A DNA stretch of 64,000 nucleotides from Thermoleophilia bacterium (GTDB lineage Bacteria > Actinomycetota > Thermoleophilia > Gaiellales > F1-60-MAGs149). The stretch spans positions 148,838 to 212,837 of the forward strand of contig JBAXNN010000001.1 in NCBI GenBank assembly GCA_037133755.1, read 5' to 3'. The stretch's first letter is position 1, and the number at the start of each line of letters is the position of its first letter. The translations under genes were made by a program, and so were the position numbers. Shown in pieces: positions 20,596 through 28,792 of the stretch. The notes beneath the pieces are model-generated. The model saw only the letters and a program-made list of their open reading frames with translations. It was not told the origin of the DNA and made no database searches.

Positions 20596-20628
20596 CCGGG
20601 AGAGGCGGCCGCGGCCAGCCTCTCCCGG
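20596..20628. terminator. Hairpin between convergent genes
   Basis: Perfect 11-bp stem (ccgggagaggc at 20596-20606, gcctctcccgg at 20618-20628) followed by tt. Confidence 0.5.
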
Positions 20629-20676
20629 TTGCACGACGCTGCGCACCATCACGTCGCGTGGGTCGACGTCATGCCG

Positions 20677-21504
20677 CTACTGGTGGTACGTCAGCGGCGT
20701 GGCCAGCGCCGGCGGCATCCCAGGCTGCGTGTAGGGCTCGAGGAGCAGAGGGTCACCAAAGAATTGGTTGTATTGGCCAGCGAGGTGGCAGTCATCGGGG
20801 TTACCGTAGGACTGCGCGGCCGGCAGGGTATCCCGGTGAACCTGACCGCCAACGGTGAGGACGGGTTCGTTTGCTCCCCCCTTGACTAGGGCGCCCTCTG
20901 CGGGGGTGACCTGCCCTGCCCCTTGGTTGAGGTACGCCTGGCCGCTGCAGTCTCCTGTCGTGTACAAGATCCAAGCACTACTAAGCTCACTGGCAGTGGC
21001 GCTGGGTTGAGCCAGTCCCGATGATGCATTGATTTTCCAAACGGCGCCATCCACCAGACGGTAGAAATCCCCGCTCACGACGGGGCTCCCCGGCGTCGGC
21101 GCGGGAAGCCACATGACACCGCTGACCGTGTTCCCGTTGGCGTCGCGGACGGTGACGCCACCGCTCGAGCCACCCGAGCCACTCGCTCCGGCCGGACCCG
21201 CCGGTCCCGCGGGACCCGCCGGACCCGCGGGACCCGCCGGACCCGCGGGGCCTTGCGCCCCGTCCTTGCCGTCAAGCCCCTTCAGGGCTCCCTTGCTCAG
21301 ATCGGAGACCTCGATCGCGCCGCTCGCGATGTCACCCGAGCCGATGGCCCCGTCCTTGATATCGGACGACTGCACCGCGCCCTCCCTGATCTGCGCAGAC
21401 CCGACCGAGTTGGGCGCCAGGGCGACGGCGGCGTAGCCCGTCCCTCCCAGCGCAACGAACAATGCGAGTGTGGCGATGACGGTCGCCGCCGAAGGTTTCT
21501 TCAT
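20677..21504 (-). CDS. Secreted collagen-like repeat protein (CLP1)
   Basis: The ATG at 21504 gives MKKPSAATVIATLALFVALGGTGYAAVA (signal peptide). Next come DI..GA decapeptide-like repeats, then a G-X-Y tract GKDGAQ(GPA)7GAS, then a ~165-aa C-terminal domain. Confidence 0.8.
   Translation of the reverse strand: MKKPSAATVIATLALFVALGGTGYAAVALAPNSVGSAQIREGAVQSSDIKDGAIGSGDIASGAIEVSDLSKGALKGLDGKDGAQGPAGPAGPAGPAGPAGPAGPAGASGSGGSSGGVTVRDANGNTVSGVMWLPAPTPGSPVVSGDFYRLVDGAVWKINASSGLAQPSATASELSSAWILYTTGDCSGQAYLNQGAGQVTPAEGALVKGGANEPVLTVGGQVHRDTLPAAQSYGNPDDCHLAGQYNQFFGDPLLLEPYTQPGMPPALATPLTYHQ
21175..21273 (-). repeat. Collagen-like G-X-Y tract encoded by 9-bp GGNCCCGCS tandem repeats
   Basis: ggacccgccggtcccgcgggacccgccggacccgcgggacccgccggacccgcgggg on the top strand encodes (GPA)n. 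Confidence 0.85.
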
Positions 21505-21544
21505 GCGCGCCACCGTACGCCAGCCCTCAAGCCGGTTGAACGCC

Positions 21545-21597
21545 CTGTATGGGTACCCCTATCGCCCGCGGCGCATCTGTATAGGTACCCCTATCGC
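21545..21597. promoter_or_regulatory. Cassette-1 direct repeats (candidate response-regulator operator)
   Basis: ctgtatgggtacccctatcgc (21545-21565) and ctgtataggtacccctatcgc (21577-21597) are 20/21 identical with a 32-bp period. They lie in the CLP1/RR1 divergent region. Confidence 0.6.
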
Positions 21598-21606
21598 GAC
21601 GTGACC

Positions 21607-21612
21607 TAGACT
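21607..21612 (+). promoter_or_regulatory. Candidate -10 box TAGACT for RR1 (near-leaderless)
   Basis: The TAGACT hexamer end is 10 nt before the GTG at 21622. All four paralogous regulators share this geometry. Confidence 0.5.
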
Positions 21613-21621
21613 GGACACACC

Positions 21622-22269
21622 GTGCTTCGCCTCCTCCTACTCGAAGACGAGGACCTGCTGCGACTCACGCTCGCCACGGCCCTGCCGGACGAGTCGATGG
21701 AGGTCGTCGGCGCGTATGGCGATGCCAAGAGCGCGATCGCGGCGGGTACGGAAACCGCGTTCGACGTGCTCGTCACCGACCTCGACTTGGCGCAGGGCCA
21801 AGGGCCGAACGGCATCGTGGTCGCCAACGTGCTGCGCCGCACGAAGCCGGAGATCGGCGTCGTGCTGCTGACGTCGTATGCGGATCCGCGCCTGGTCGGC
21901 ACGAAGCTCGACCAGCTCCCCGAGCGCACCGAGTACGTGCGCAAGCACGCGATCCGCGACATCGACACGCTGCGCGCCGCGATCCGTCGCGCAGCGCTGG
22001 GCGCGAATCAGCCGGAGGCGCTGGCGATCGAGGCGAACCTCACCGACACGCAGGTCGAGACCATGCGCCTCGTCGCGCAGGGCCTGAGCAACGCGGAGAT
22101 CGCGCGGCAGCGCGTCGTTACTGAGGGCGCCGTCGAGGTGTCGCTTCGCAGGATCGCCCGCAATCTCGGCTACAGCAACGACTCGACGCGGAACATCCGC
22201 GCGCTGATCGTGCGCGCGTACTTCGAGATGGCCGGGGCCAGTGGTGCCCAGCACAGGCAACCGTCCTAG
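21622..22269 (+). CDS. Response regulator, receiver plus LuxR/NarL-type HTH (RR1)
   Basis: 215 aa starting VLRLLLLEDEDLL, with the acceptor Asp in DVLVTDLDL, LLTSY, and the C-terminal HTH LTDTQVETMRLVAQGLSNAEIARQRVVTEGAVEVSLRRIARNLG. Confidence 0.9.
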   Translation: MLRLLLLEDEDLLRLTLATALPDESMEVVGAYGDAKSAIAAGTETAFDVLVTDLDLAQGQGPNGIVVANVLRRTKPEIGVVLLTSYADPRLVGTKLDQLPERTEYVRKHAIRDIDTLRAAIRRAALGANQPEALAIEANLTDTQVETMRLVAQGLSNAEIARQRVVTEGAVEVSLRRIARNLGYSNDSTRNIRALIVRAYFEMAGASGAQHRQPS

Positions 22270-23956
22270 CGCGCGCGACCTGCTCGGTGGCCGCTGGGCG
22301 ATCTCGCTGCGCGGCTGGCTGATCTTCTCCGCCGTCGTGCTGGTGATCGGGCCGCTCGGCCTCCGAGCCCAGCTGAAGGTGCCCACGCAGACGATCGTGG
22401 TGGTCGCACTCGCGGGGTGGCTGCTGATGACTCTCCTCTACGCGGCCGCCCACCTCACCGTCTTCCGCAACCGCCGCACCGCACCCGTGCACGTCGCGTG
22501 GCTGATCGTGCTCGGCCTCGCCGTCGGTATCGCCCGCACGGGCGTGGCGCTCGCCGTGCCCGCGAGCCGCGACGTGCTCGGCGGCGGCTGGGTGGCGGTG
22601 CTGACAGGCGCGCTGTGCTTCGTCCCGGTCTCCGTCCTCGTGGCGGTGCTGGTGACGTACCTGATCGCCGTCGTCGACTGGTACGCCGCCGAGCGTGCGC
22701 GACTGCTGCGCTTCGAGATCGACGCCGAGGCCGCGCGACTGCGCGCCGTCGGTGCGCTCAATGCCGCGCGCGCCGTCATCACCACACGAATCCAGACGGC
22801 GCTCGAAGACCAGCTGAGCGGACTCGAGCAGGCCGCCATGGCCGACGGTGCAGACGACCGGCTGTCCGACGCGCTGCTCGACACGGCCGCCGGCTACGTT
22901 CGGCCGGAGAGCCATCGGCTCTGGCAGGAGCGCGACCCCGCGCTGCGACGCGGCAGCCTCGCGGACCTCGAGCACGCGAGCCTTGCCGCGCCACTGCCGA
23001 TCGCGCTGCCCTTCGCGCTGTGGGCCGCGATCGTCATGCCCGCTGCGGCGGTGCACTTCGGCGGTCTCCGTTGGATCCCCAGTGCGCTGGCGTTGCTCGT
23101 CGCCATGGCGGTGCTCTATCCGCTGGGCCGGGCGGCTGTCCGCCGCTACGCCCCCGCTCCGCGTTACATGCGCGCGCGCCTGATCGCCCTCGTCGCCATG
23201 GCAACCGCGGGCGCCGCAAACGCCGGCACCGCCGCCCTGCTCGGCTCGCAGACCGCCACCCCGCTGCAGCAGGCGCTGCCGGCGGTCTTCATCGTCATCA
23301 TCACCGTCGTGGTCAGCTGGGCGCAGGCCGCCCTCCGCACGGAGGACGCGCGCTTGCGCTCCCTGCGGTCGCTCGCTGAGGAGGCCGACTTCGAGCGCCT
23401 CGCCCTCGAAGCCGCGACCGAGCAGATGCAGCGCGAGCTCGCGCTCTACCTCCACGGCACCGTGCAGGCCGGCCTCGTGGCCTCGGCCTACTCGATCCAG
23501 GACGCGGTGAACCGCGGCGACACCGTGGCGCTCGAGGCCGCGATCGCCGACGCCCGCGCCTCGATCGCGCGCGTCGGGCAGGACGCCGGCGAGCCGACGG
23601 TGCACGACCTCGTCTCCCTGCGCGCGGCGATCACCGAGCGCTGGGACGGCGCCATCGCCATCACGTGGGCTCTCCCGGCCACCGAGCCGGAACCCGCGAT
23701 CATCACCCGCATCGACAACGTGCTTCAGGAGTGCCTTGCCAACGCGTCGATCCACGGAGCCGCCAGCGAGGCGACCGTGCGCATCACGGTCGAGGACGAC
23801 TGCGCGATCGTGGAGGTGACGGACAACGGCACCGGTCCTGGCAATGGCAAGCCGGGCCTCGGCAGCGCCGTCCTCAACGAGGCGACCGGCGGCCAGTGGA
23901 CGATCGCGTCGGTGCCGACCGGTGGTGCGCAGGTGCGTGCCGTCGTGCCCAAGTGA
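22241..23956 (+). CDS. Membrane sensor histidine kinase, 8 predicted TM, HisKA_3-like DHp plus HATPase (HK1)
   Basis: The GTG at 22241 overlaps RR1 by 29 nt. There are four N-terminal TM segments, a ~110-aa helical soluble insert, and four more TM segments. Then come the H-box LALYLHGTVQAGL, the N-box ECLANASIHG, DNGTG and GLGSAVL. Confidence 0.8.
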   Translation: MVPSTGNRPSARDLLGGRWAISLRGWLIFSAVVLVIGPLGLRAQLKVPTQTIVVVALAGWLLMTLLYAAAHLTVFRNRRTAPVHVAWLIVLGLAVGIARTGVALAVPASRDVLGGGWVAVLTGALCFVPVSVLVAVLVTYLIAVVDWYAAERARLLRFEIDAEAARLRAVGALNAARAVITTRIQTALEDQLSGLEQAAMADGADDRLSDALLDTAAGYVRPESHRLWQERDPALRRGSLADLEHASLAAPLPIALPFALWAAIVMPAAAVHFGGLRWIPSALALLVAMAVLYPLGRAAVRRYAPAPRYMRARLIALVAMATAGAANAGTAALLGSQTATPLQQALPAVFIVIITVVVSWAQAALRTEDARLRSLRSLAEEADFERLALEAATEQMQRELALYLHGTVQAGLVASAYSIQDAVNRGDTVALEAAIADARASIARVGQDAGEPTVHDLVSLRAAITERWDGAIAITWALPATEPEPAIITRIDNVLQECLANASIHGAASEATVRITVEDDCAIVEVTDNGTGPGNGKPGLGSAVLNEATGGQWTIASVPTGGAQVRAVVPK

Positions 23957-23982
23957 CACGACGGCCGTCGTGAAGGCGACGC

Positions 23983-24012
23983 GCGGCGCGACGGGTAGTC
24001 CCGCCGCGCCGC
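23983..24012. terminator. GC-rich hairpin between convergent HK1 and the giant gene
   Basis: gcggcgcgacggg / tagt / cccgccgcgccgc forms a 13-bp stem with one mismatch. A 16-bp palindrome cacgacggccgtcgtg also lies at 23957-23972. Confidence 0.45.
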
Positions 24013-24024
24013 TGGTCGGTCCGT

Positions 24025-27000
24025 CTACCCGACCTTGATCTTGATCGTGCGCACGATGCTCGTGCCGTTCTTGCGCTTGACCTTCATCTTCACCTTGTAG
24101 GTGCCGGGCTTCGACGCCACGAGCTTGCCGTTGACGAGGGTCAGGCCAGCCGGCAGGGCGTCGGCCATGTACTCGACCTTCGACGTCGGGCGCACCCAGA
24201 TGTTCGCGCCGCGCAGGAGGTCTGCACCAGCAGCCGGCGTGGCGGCGTCCAGGATGGCCTCACCGCGCGTCTCACCGACGGTGATGCCCGGCGCCGGCGA
24301 GAACACCGGCGGCGTCTCGACAGACGGGGTCGTCGCAGGCGGTGTCACGACCGGCGAGGCCGGCGACGGCACACGAATCGACGACTCGCTCAGAATCGCC
24401 AGCGCGTCAATTCGGTTCGAACCTGTCACGCGCACCCGCAGGTACCGACCGGCATCCGCGGCAGCCACGGTGTAGCTGCTTGTCGCAGCACCACTGCCCG
24501 AAGCGGTCTCCCACGTCGAACCATCCGCCGACGACTGCCACGCGTAGGCGTAGTCCGTCGCGAAGTCCCACGTGCCTGTCGACGCGGTCAATGTCGAGCC
24601 GATCCCAATCGTGCCCGAGACGACCGGCACAGCCGACGACGTCGGCGCGGGAATCGCGACCTGCGCCGTTGCCGCCGAGAACGCCTCTGCTGAGGCAGCC
24701 GCATTGGTGGCCGTCACCTTCACGCGCAGGTACTTGTTGTCGTCGGTCAGATCCACGACGTACTCCGCCGTATCTCCACCCTCACCGAGCGCAGCCGTCC
24801 AGCCATCCTGACCATTGGACGACACCTGCCACTCATACGCGTACCCCGCGTCAGTATCCGGCGCATTCGACCACGTACCTTGCGAGGCCGTCAGCGTCTC
24901 GCCAACCGTCGCCGTGCCCGAATTCTGCGGCGCATCCGCACCGCCCGCATTCATCGGCGGAGCAGGCACCGTCACGACCGAGCTGTACGCCGCATCCGAC
25001 CACGTCGCGCCGTTATGGGCAATGACACGGACCTTCAGATCCTTGCCGCCATACGACTCCGGCACCACGTACTCCGCGGTCGTCCCCGAAGCACCCGTGG
25101 CAGCCGTCCACGTGTCAGCACCACGGTTCGACACCAGCCAGCGATACGTATAGCGCTCCGGCGTATTAGTCCACTGACCGCTCGTCGCACTCACCGTGTT
25201 GCCAATCCCGACGTCGCCCGTCAGCTCCGGAGCACTACCGAACAGGATGGGCAACGCACCAACCGGAGTGCCTGGAATCGCCGCGAGGCTGTAATCGAGA
25301 GAGTTCACGGTCGCTAGACGGGCAGAGCTGGTGCCATCCAGCGACGCGATACCGACGCCGCTGTTCGCACCGTCTTGGATGACGTAATAGATGCCATTCT
25401 GGTCCACACCGATCCCGCCGTTGCCGTTCCCGGCATTCGAGCCGGCAGGGTTCGCGATGAACGACGGCTGCACATCGGAGCCAGTGACATCAGCACGTCC
25501 GATGGCAGCGTTGTTGTAGTAGGTCCAGTACACGTGGTCGCCATCGACCGCAATGCCTGCGACCCCAGCCGGCAGGCTGTCGACGAAGGTCTGACCCGTA
25601 CCGCCGGTGATTGGTGCCCGGCCGATTGCGCTGCCTGAGCCGGGGCCTCGGTGGTAGTAGATGTAGTGGGCGTCGCGCGCGAAGAAATGCATCGCGGTGT
25701 ACGTATTCGTGTCGATGAAGGTCGGGTCGTGCTCACTGCCGTCGATCTTCATCCGATGGATATACGTGTGACCGTTCACCCCGTTGTCGGTGAAGTAGAT
25801 GTACTGATCGTCAATGAGCACCCCGAAGAAATTCTGCGCTCCAGCGCTATAGATGCTGGCCGGCGCCGTGCTGCCATTGGCGGGAGCCACATAGATGTCG
25901 CCGCTGCAGCCCCAGACGTTGGTCGTGCCGTTGGAGGAAAAGCCCCAACCACCCGGATTCGCGTATGGCTGCAACGACGCACCATCAGCCATCAGTGATG
26001 CGCTCTTGACGTAGAGATGAGACAGCGTCGATAGTGCCGCCACCAGCGTGCTAGCGCTCGAGGCCGTGGCCGTGTTGCCGTTGAAGGCTGTGACCGTCAC
26101 GCGTACGTACTGGCCCACGTCGCCGGTCTGCGTGACATACCCGGCCGTGGCATTGCCAGGGCCCGTCGCGCTCACCCACGTCCCGAGAGCACCCGACGGC
26201 GACAACTGCCACTGGTAGGTGTACGTGATGTTCCCTGTGGACTCCGTCCACGCACCAGGCGTCGCAATCCTGAAGAGGCCGTTGAGCCTCACCGTCGGCG
26301 CGGTGTCGTTCACCGGCGCCGGTGGTGCGGCCACCACGACAGTCGCCGCCGAGTAGGCGGTCGTCAGCAGACCACCGGCCGCCCCGGCACGCACCTTGAG
26401 CCGTACCGTCTTGCCGATATCGGAGATGCCAGGCGCATAGGTGGCCTGGCCATTCGTGCCGGGAGCGGCCGACCACGTTGCGCCGCTATCGCTTGAGACT
26501 TGCCACACGTAGAACACCTGGGACGGCGTGGCCGACCACGTGCCGTCACCCGCCGTCAGCGTCTGCCCCACCGCAGGTGTCCCGCTGATCGTGGGCTGCG
26601 CACTGTTCGTGAGCGCAGCACCCAGTGGCGGCAGCGGGGTCCCGCCGCTGACATGCACCCGCGAGCGATTCGTCAAGTAGGTCATATCGGCGATTCCCGT
26701 CACAAGCGTCGGGTTGACGTCGGTACCGTCGAGCTTTGCGCTGCCAATCTGCCCACCGCTCCAATCGCGTGCCGCCCAGTACAGCCGGCTGCCCGTGGCA
26801 GTGATACCCCAGACCGTGCGCGAGTTCTGCGTGTCCAGCCACGTGTTGTTCTGATCGGTACCGTCGAGCTTGGCACGGCCGATGCGGTTGGAGTAGCTGG
26901 TGCTGACCCAGTACAGATAGGTGCCATCGGTGGTGATGCCGCGAACATCGCCCGTGTTGTTGACGAGCACCTGCGACGAGCCACCATCGATCGCTGTGCG

Positions 27001-28623
27001 GTAGATGGCATTGCCACCAAACGAGTACAGCCAGTTGGCATCGCCGGTCATGGCATGCCCCCACAGCACGCCGCTGCCGTCGGCGAAGTGCCGGATGTTG
27101 TGCTGGCCATCCACGTCGACTCGACCGATCCAGGTGTTCACCGAGCAGTTGTAATACAGGTACTCATCTGTGACGTACAAACTGCCAAGGCCGTAGTAGT
27201 TGCCGTCGTTACCCCGAACCGTGGAGCAGAGGGTGTCAACGAGCTCCGTTGCCGAGCCGGTTCCGTCGATGCTCTTCTGACAGATCTTGTCTGCATCCTG
27301 ACGCCCATAGAACATGGTGCTGTTCCATCCGAACGCGTCTTCTCTCGAACATGTGGTGCTGATGCTGTCGTCGCGACCGCCGGGAATCGCCACGCCCGTG
27401 GTGTCATTGATCCATGTAGAGCCCACCGCAGTGTTACCCGCCCAGTAGAGCGTCGTCGAGGGCAGCGGCGTCAGCGCAGCGATCGTCTGCGCCGACGAGT
27501 GCGCCGACGTCAGCACGCCGCCCGTCGCGCCCGCGCGCACCAGCACGCGAAGCTGTTTGCCGACATCGCCGCGCTTGGGCGCGTAGCTGCTCGTTGTCGC
27601 GTCAGCTCCTGCTCCGTTGGACCACGTGGATCCGCTGTCTGCCGACACCTGCCACTGGTAGTACACATCGTCAGGCGTGGCCGACCACGTTCCCGCATCG
27701 GCAGTGACGATCTCGCCCACCTGCACCGTGCCTGTTATCGCAGGCGCCGCGGAGAGGGTGAGCGCCGGACCGAGGGGCACCTTCGGCGTGCCCCCGATGA
27801 TCGAGATCTGATGGTTCTGGCCCGTTGCCGTGATGCCGGTGATCAGCGTCGGCTGCACATTCGTGCCGTTGAGGTTCGCCTTGCCGACCGTGCCTGGGAA
27901 GCGCGACGTCCAGAAGATGCTGCTGCCGTCGACCTCGACTCCCCAGACCTGGGCGGTCGACTGCGTGTCGAGCCAGGTGTGGTCGATACCGGTGCCGTCG
28001 AGGTTGGCGCGGTGGATGAAGCGGGAGTCAAACCCCGACCAGTAGATGTGCTGGCCGTCGACCGCGATCCCGCGCATGTCGAACCCGGCGTTGACGTTGT
28101 ACGTCGGGTCGATAGGTCCGCCGCTCTCAGGATTGACCCGGCGAATGCCCGCATAGCTATACCCGATGTACAGCCAATTCGCATCCGTGGTGAGGCTGTA
28201 GGGATAGTTGCCGTCCACGCCCCACGCGAAGTGCGGGTTGTTGTGGGTGCCGTCGAGGTTCGCTCGGCCGATCCACTTGCTGCGGACGCACGTGTAGAAG
28301 ATGTGCGAAGCAGATGCGGTGAAGCCCGCGATGCCGCACTGCGTATTCGCAACTGTTCGGTTCACGTTGCCGCCCGTCAGGTCCTGGGTGCAGATGTAGT
28401 TGCCACTCGTGCCGTACAGCGTGGTGGCGTCGGCGAAGAACGCGTACTCCGCCAGGCAGTTGGTGCTGACCGAGAAGTTGACGTTCGTGCCGTCCGTCGA
28501 CGCGGTGCCGATGCTCGAGTCGGCGCCCCAGTACAGGGACCCTGCTCGCGCCTGAGCCGAGAAAGTGCCGAACAGCGCGACAAGGAAAATGGCGATGACG
28601 GTCGCCGCCGAAGGCTTCTTCAT
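24025..28623 (-). CDS. Giant secreted protein: three YWTD/LDL-receptor-class-B-like beta-propeller regions alternating with Ig-like domains, plus a conserved C-terminal domain
   Basis: The ATG at 28623 gives MKKPSAATVIAIFLVALFGTFSAQARA, for 1532 aa. Recurrent blade motifs include LYWG/IYWS/IFWT/LYWA and IGRANLDGT/IGRAKLDGT/IGSAKLDGT. There are repeated ~90-aa modules of the type G.WS..P....Y.WQ.S.D.G..W......Y......D.G..LRV.V.A. Confidence 0.85.
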   Translation of the reverse strand: MKKPSAATVIAIFLVALFGTFSAQARAGSLYWGADSSIGTASTDGTNVNFSVSTNCLAEYAFFADATTLYGTSGNYICTQDLTGGNVNRTVANTQCGIAGFTASASHIFYTCVRSKWIGRANLDGTHNNPHFAWGVDGNYPYSLTTDANWLYIGYSYAGIRRVNPESGGPIDPTYNVNAGFDMRGIAVDGQHIYWSGFDSRFIHRANLDGTGIDHTWLDTQSTAQVWGVEVDGSSIFWTSRFPGTVGKANLNGTNVQPTLITGITATGQNHQISIIGGTPKVPLGPALTLSAAPAITGTVQVGEIVTADAGTWSATPDDVYYQWQVSADSGSTWSNGAGADATTSSYAPKRGDVGKQLRVLVRAGATGGVLTSAHSSAQTIAALTPLPSTTLYWAGNTAVGSTWINDTTGVAIPGGRDDSISTTCSREDAFGWNSTMFYGRQDADKICQKSIDGTGSATELVDTLCSTVRGNDGNYYGLGSLYVTDEYLYYNCSVNTWIGRVDVDGQHNIRHFADGSGVLWGHAMTGDANWLYSFGGNAIYRTAIDGGSSQVLVNNTGDVRGITTDGTYLYWVSTSYSNRIGRAKLDGTDQNNTWLDTQNSRTVWGITATGSRLYWAARDWSGGQIGSAKLDGTDVNPTLVTGIADMTYLTNRSRVHVSGGTPLPPLGAALTNSAQPTISGTPAVGQTLTAGDGTWSATPSQVFYVWQVSSDSGATWSAAPGTNGQATYAPGISDIGKTVRLKVRAGAAGGLLTTAYSAATVVVAAPPAPVNDTAPTVRLNGLFRIATPGAWTESTGNITYTYQWQLSPSGALGTWVSATGPGNATAGYVTQTGDVGQYVRVTVTAFNGNTATASSASTLVAALSTLSHLYVKSASLMADGASLQPYANPGGWGFSSNGTTNVWGCSGDIYVAPANGSTAPASIYSAGAQNFFGVLIDDQYIYFTDNGVNGHTYIHRMKIDGSEHDPTFIDTNTYTAMHFFARDAHYIYYHRGPGSGSAIGRAPITGGTGQTFVDSLPAGVAGIAVDGDHVYWTYYNNAAIGRADVTGSDVQPSFIANPAGSNAGNGNGGIGVDQNGIYYVIQDGANSGVGIASLDGTSSARLATVNSLDYSLAAIPGTPVGALPILFGSAPELTGDVGIGNTVSATSGQWTNTPERYTYRWLVSNRGADTWTAATGASGTTAEYVVPESYGGKDLKVRVIAHNGATWSDAAYSSVVTVPAPPMNAGGADAPQNSGTATVGETLTASQGTWSNAPDTDAGYAYEWQVSSNGQDGWTAALGEGGDTAEYVVDLTDDNKYLRVKVTATNAAASAEAFSAATAQVAIPAPTSSAVPVVSGTIGIGSTLTASTGTWDFATDYAYAWQSSADGSTWETASGSGAATSSYTVAAADAGRYLRVRVTGSNRIDALAILSESSIRVPSPASPVVTPPATTPSVETPPVFSPAPGITVGETRGEAILDAATPAAGADLLRGANIWVRPTSKVEYMADALPAGLTLVNGKLVASKPGTYKVKMKVKRKNGTSIVRTIKIKVG

Positions 28624-28663
28624 GCAAACCAACGTACGCGCGCGCTATAAGCCGCACGCGAAG

Positions 28664-28715
28664 GTGTCGTACTTACCGCCCCACTACCAACCGCAAGTGT
28701 CGTACTTCCCGCCCC
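28664..28715. promoter_or_regulatory. Cassette-2-type direct repeats upstream of the giant gene
   Basis: gtgtcgtacttaccgcccc (28664-28682) and gtgtcgtacttcccgcccc (28697-28715), period 33 bp. They are part of a 125-nt block (28591-28715) that matches 30767-30891 with 8 mismatches. Confidence 0.6.
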
Positions 28716-28792
28716 TCGGCGCGGCTCCAGGGCGTAGGCGCGCCGCGGTGCCGCGCTACGGGTAGCGCGTCCCGGAGGTCGCCCGCGCCGGC

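Noticed and set aside
28752-28769. Small hairpin (cgcgcta-cggg-tagcgcg) downstream of the 668-aa gene as its terminator
   Set aside because: It has only a 7-bp stem and no T-run on the minus strand. It cannot be distinguished from chance GC-rich self-complementarity, so read-through into the giant gene cannot be excluded.
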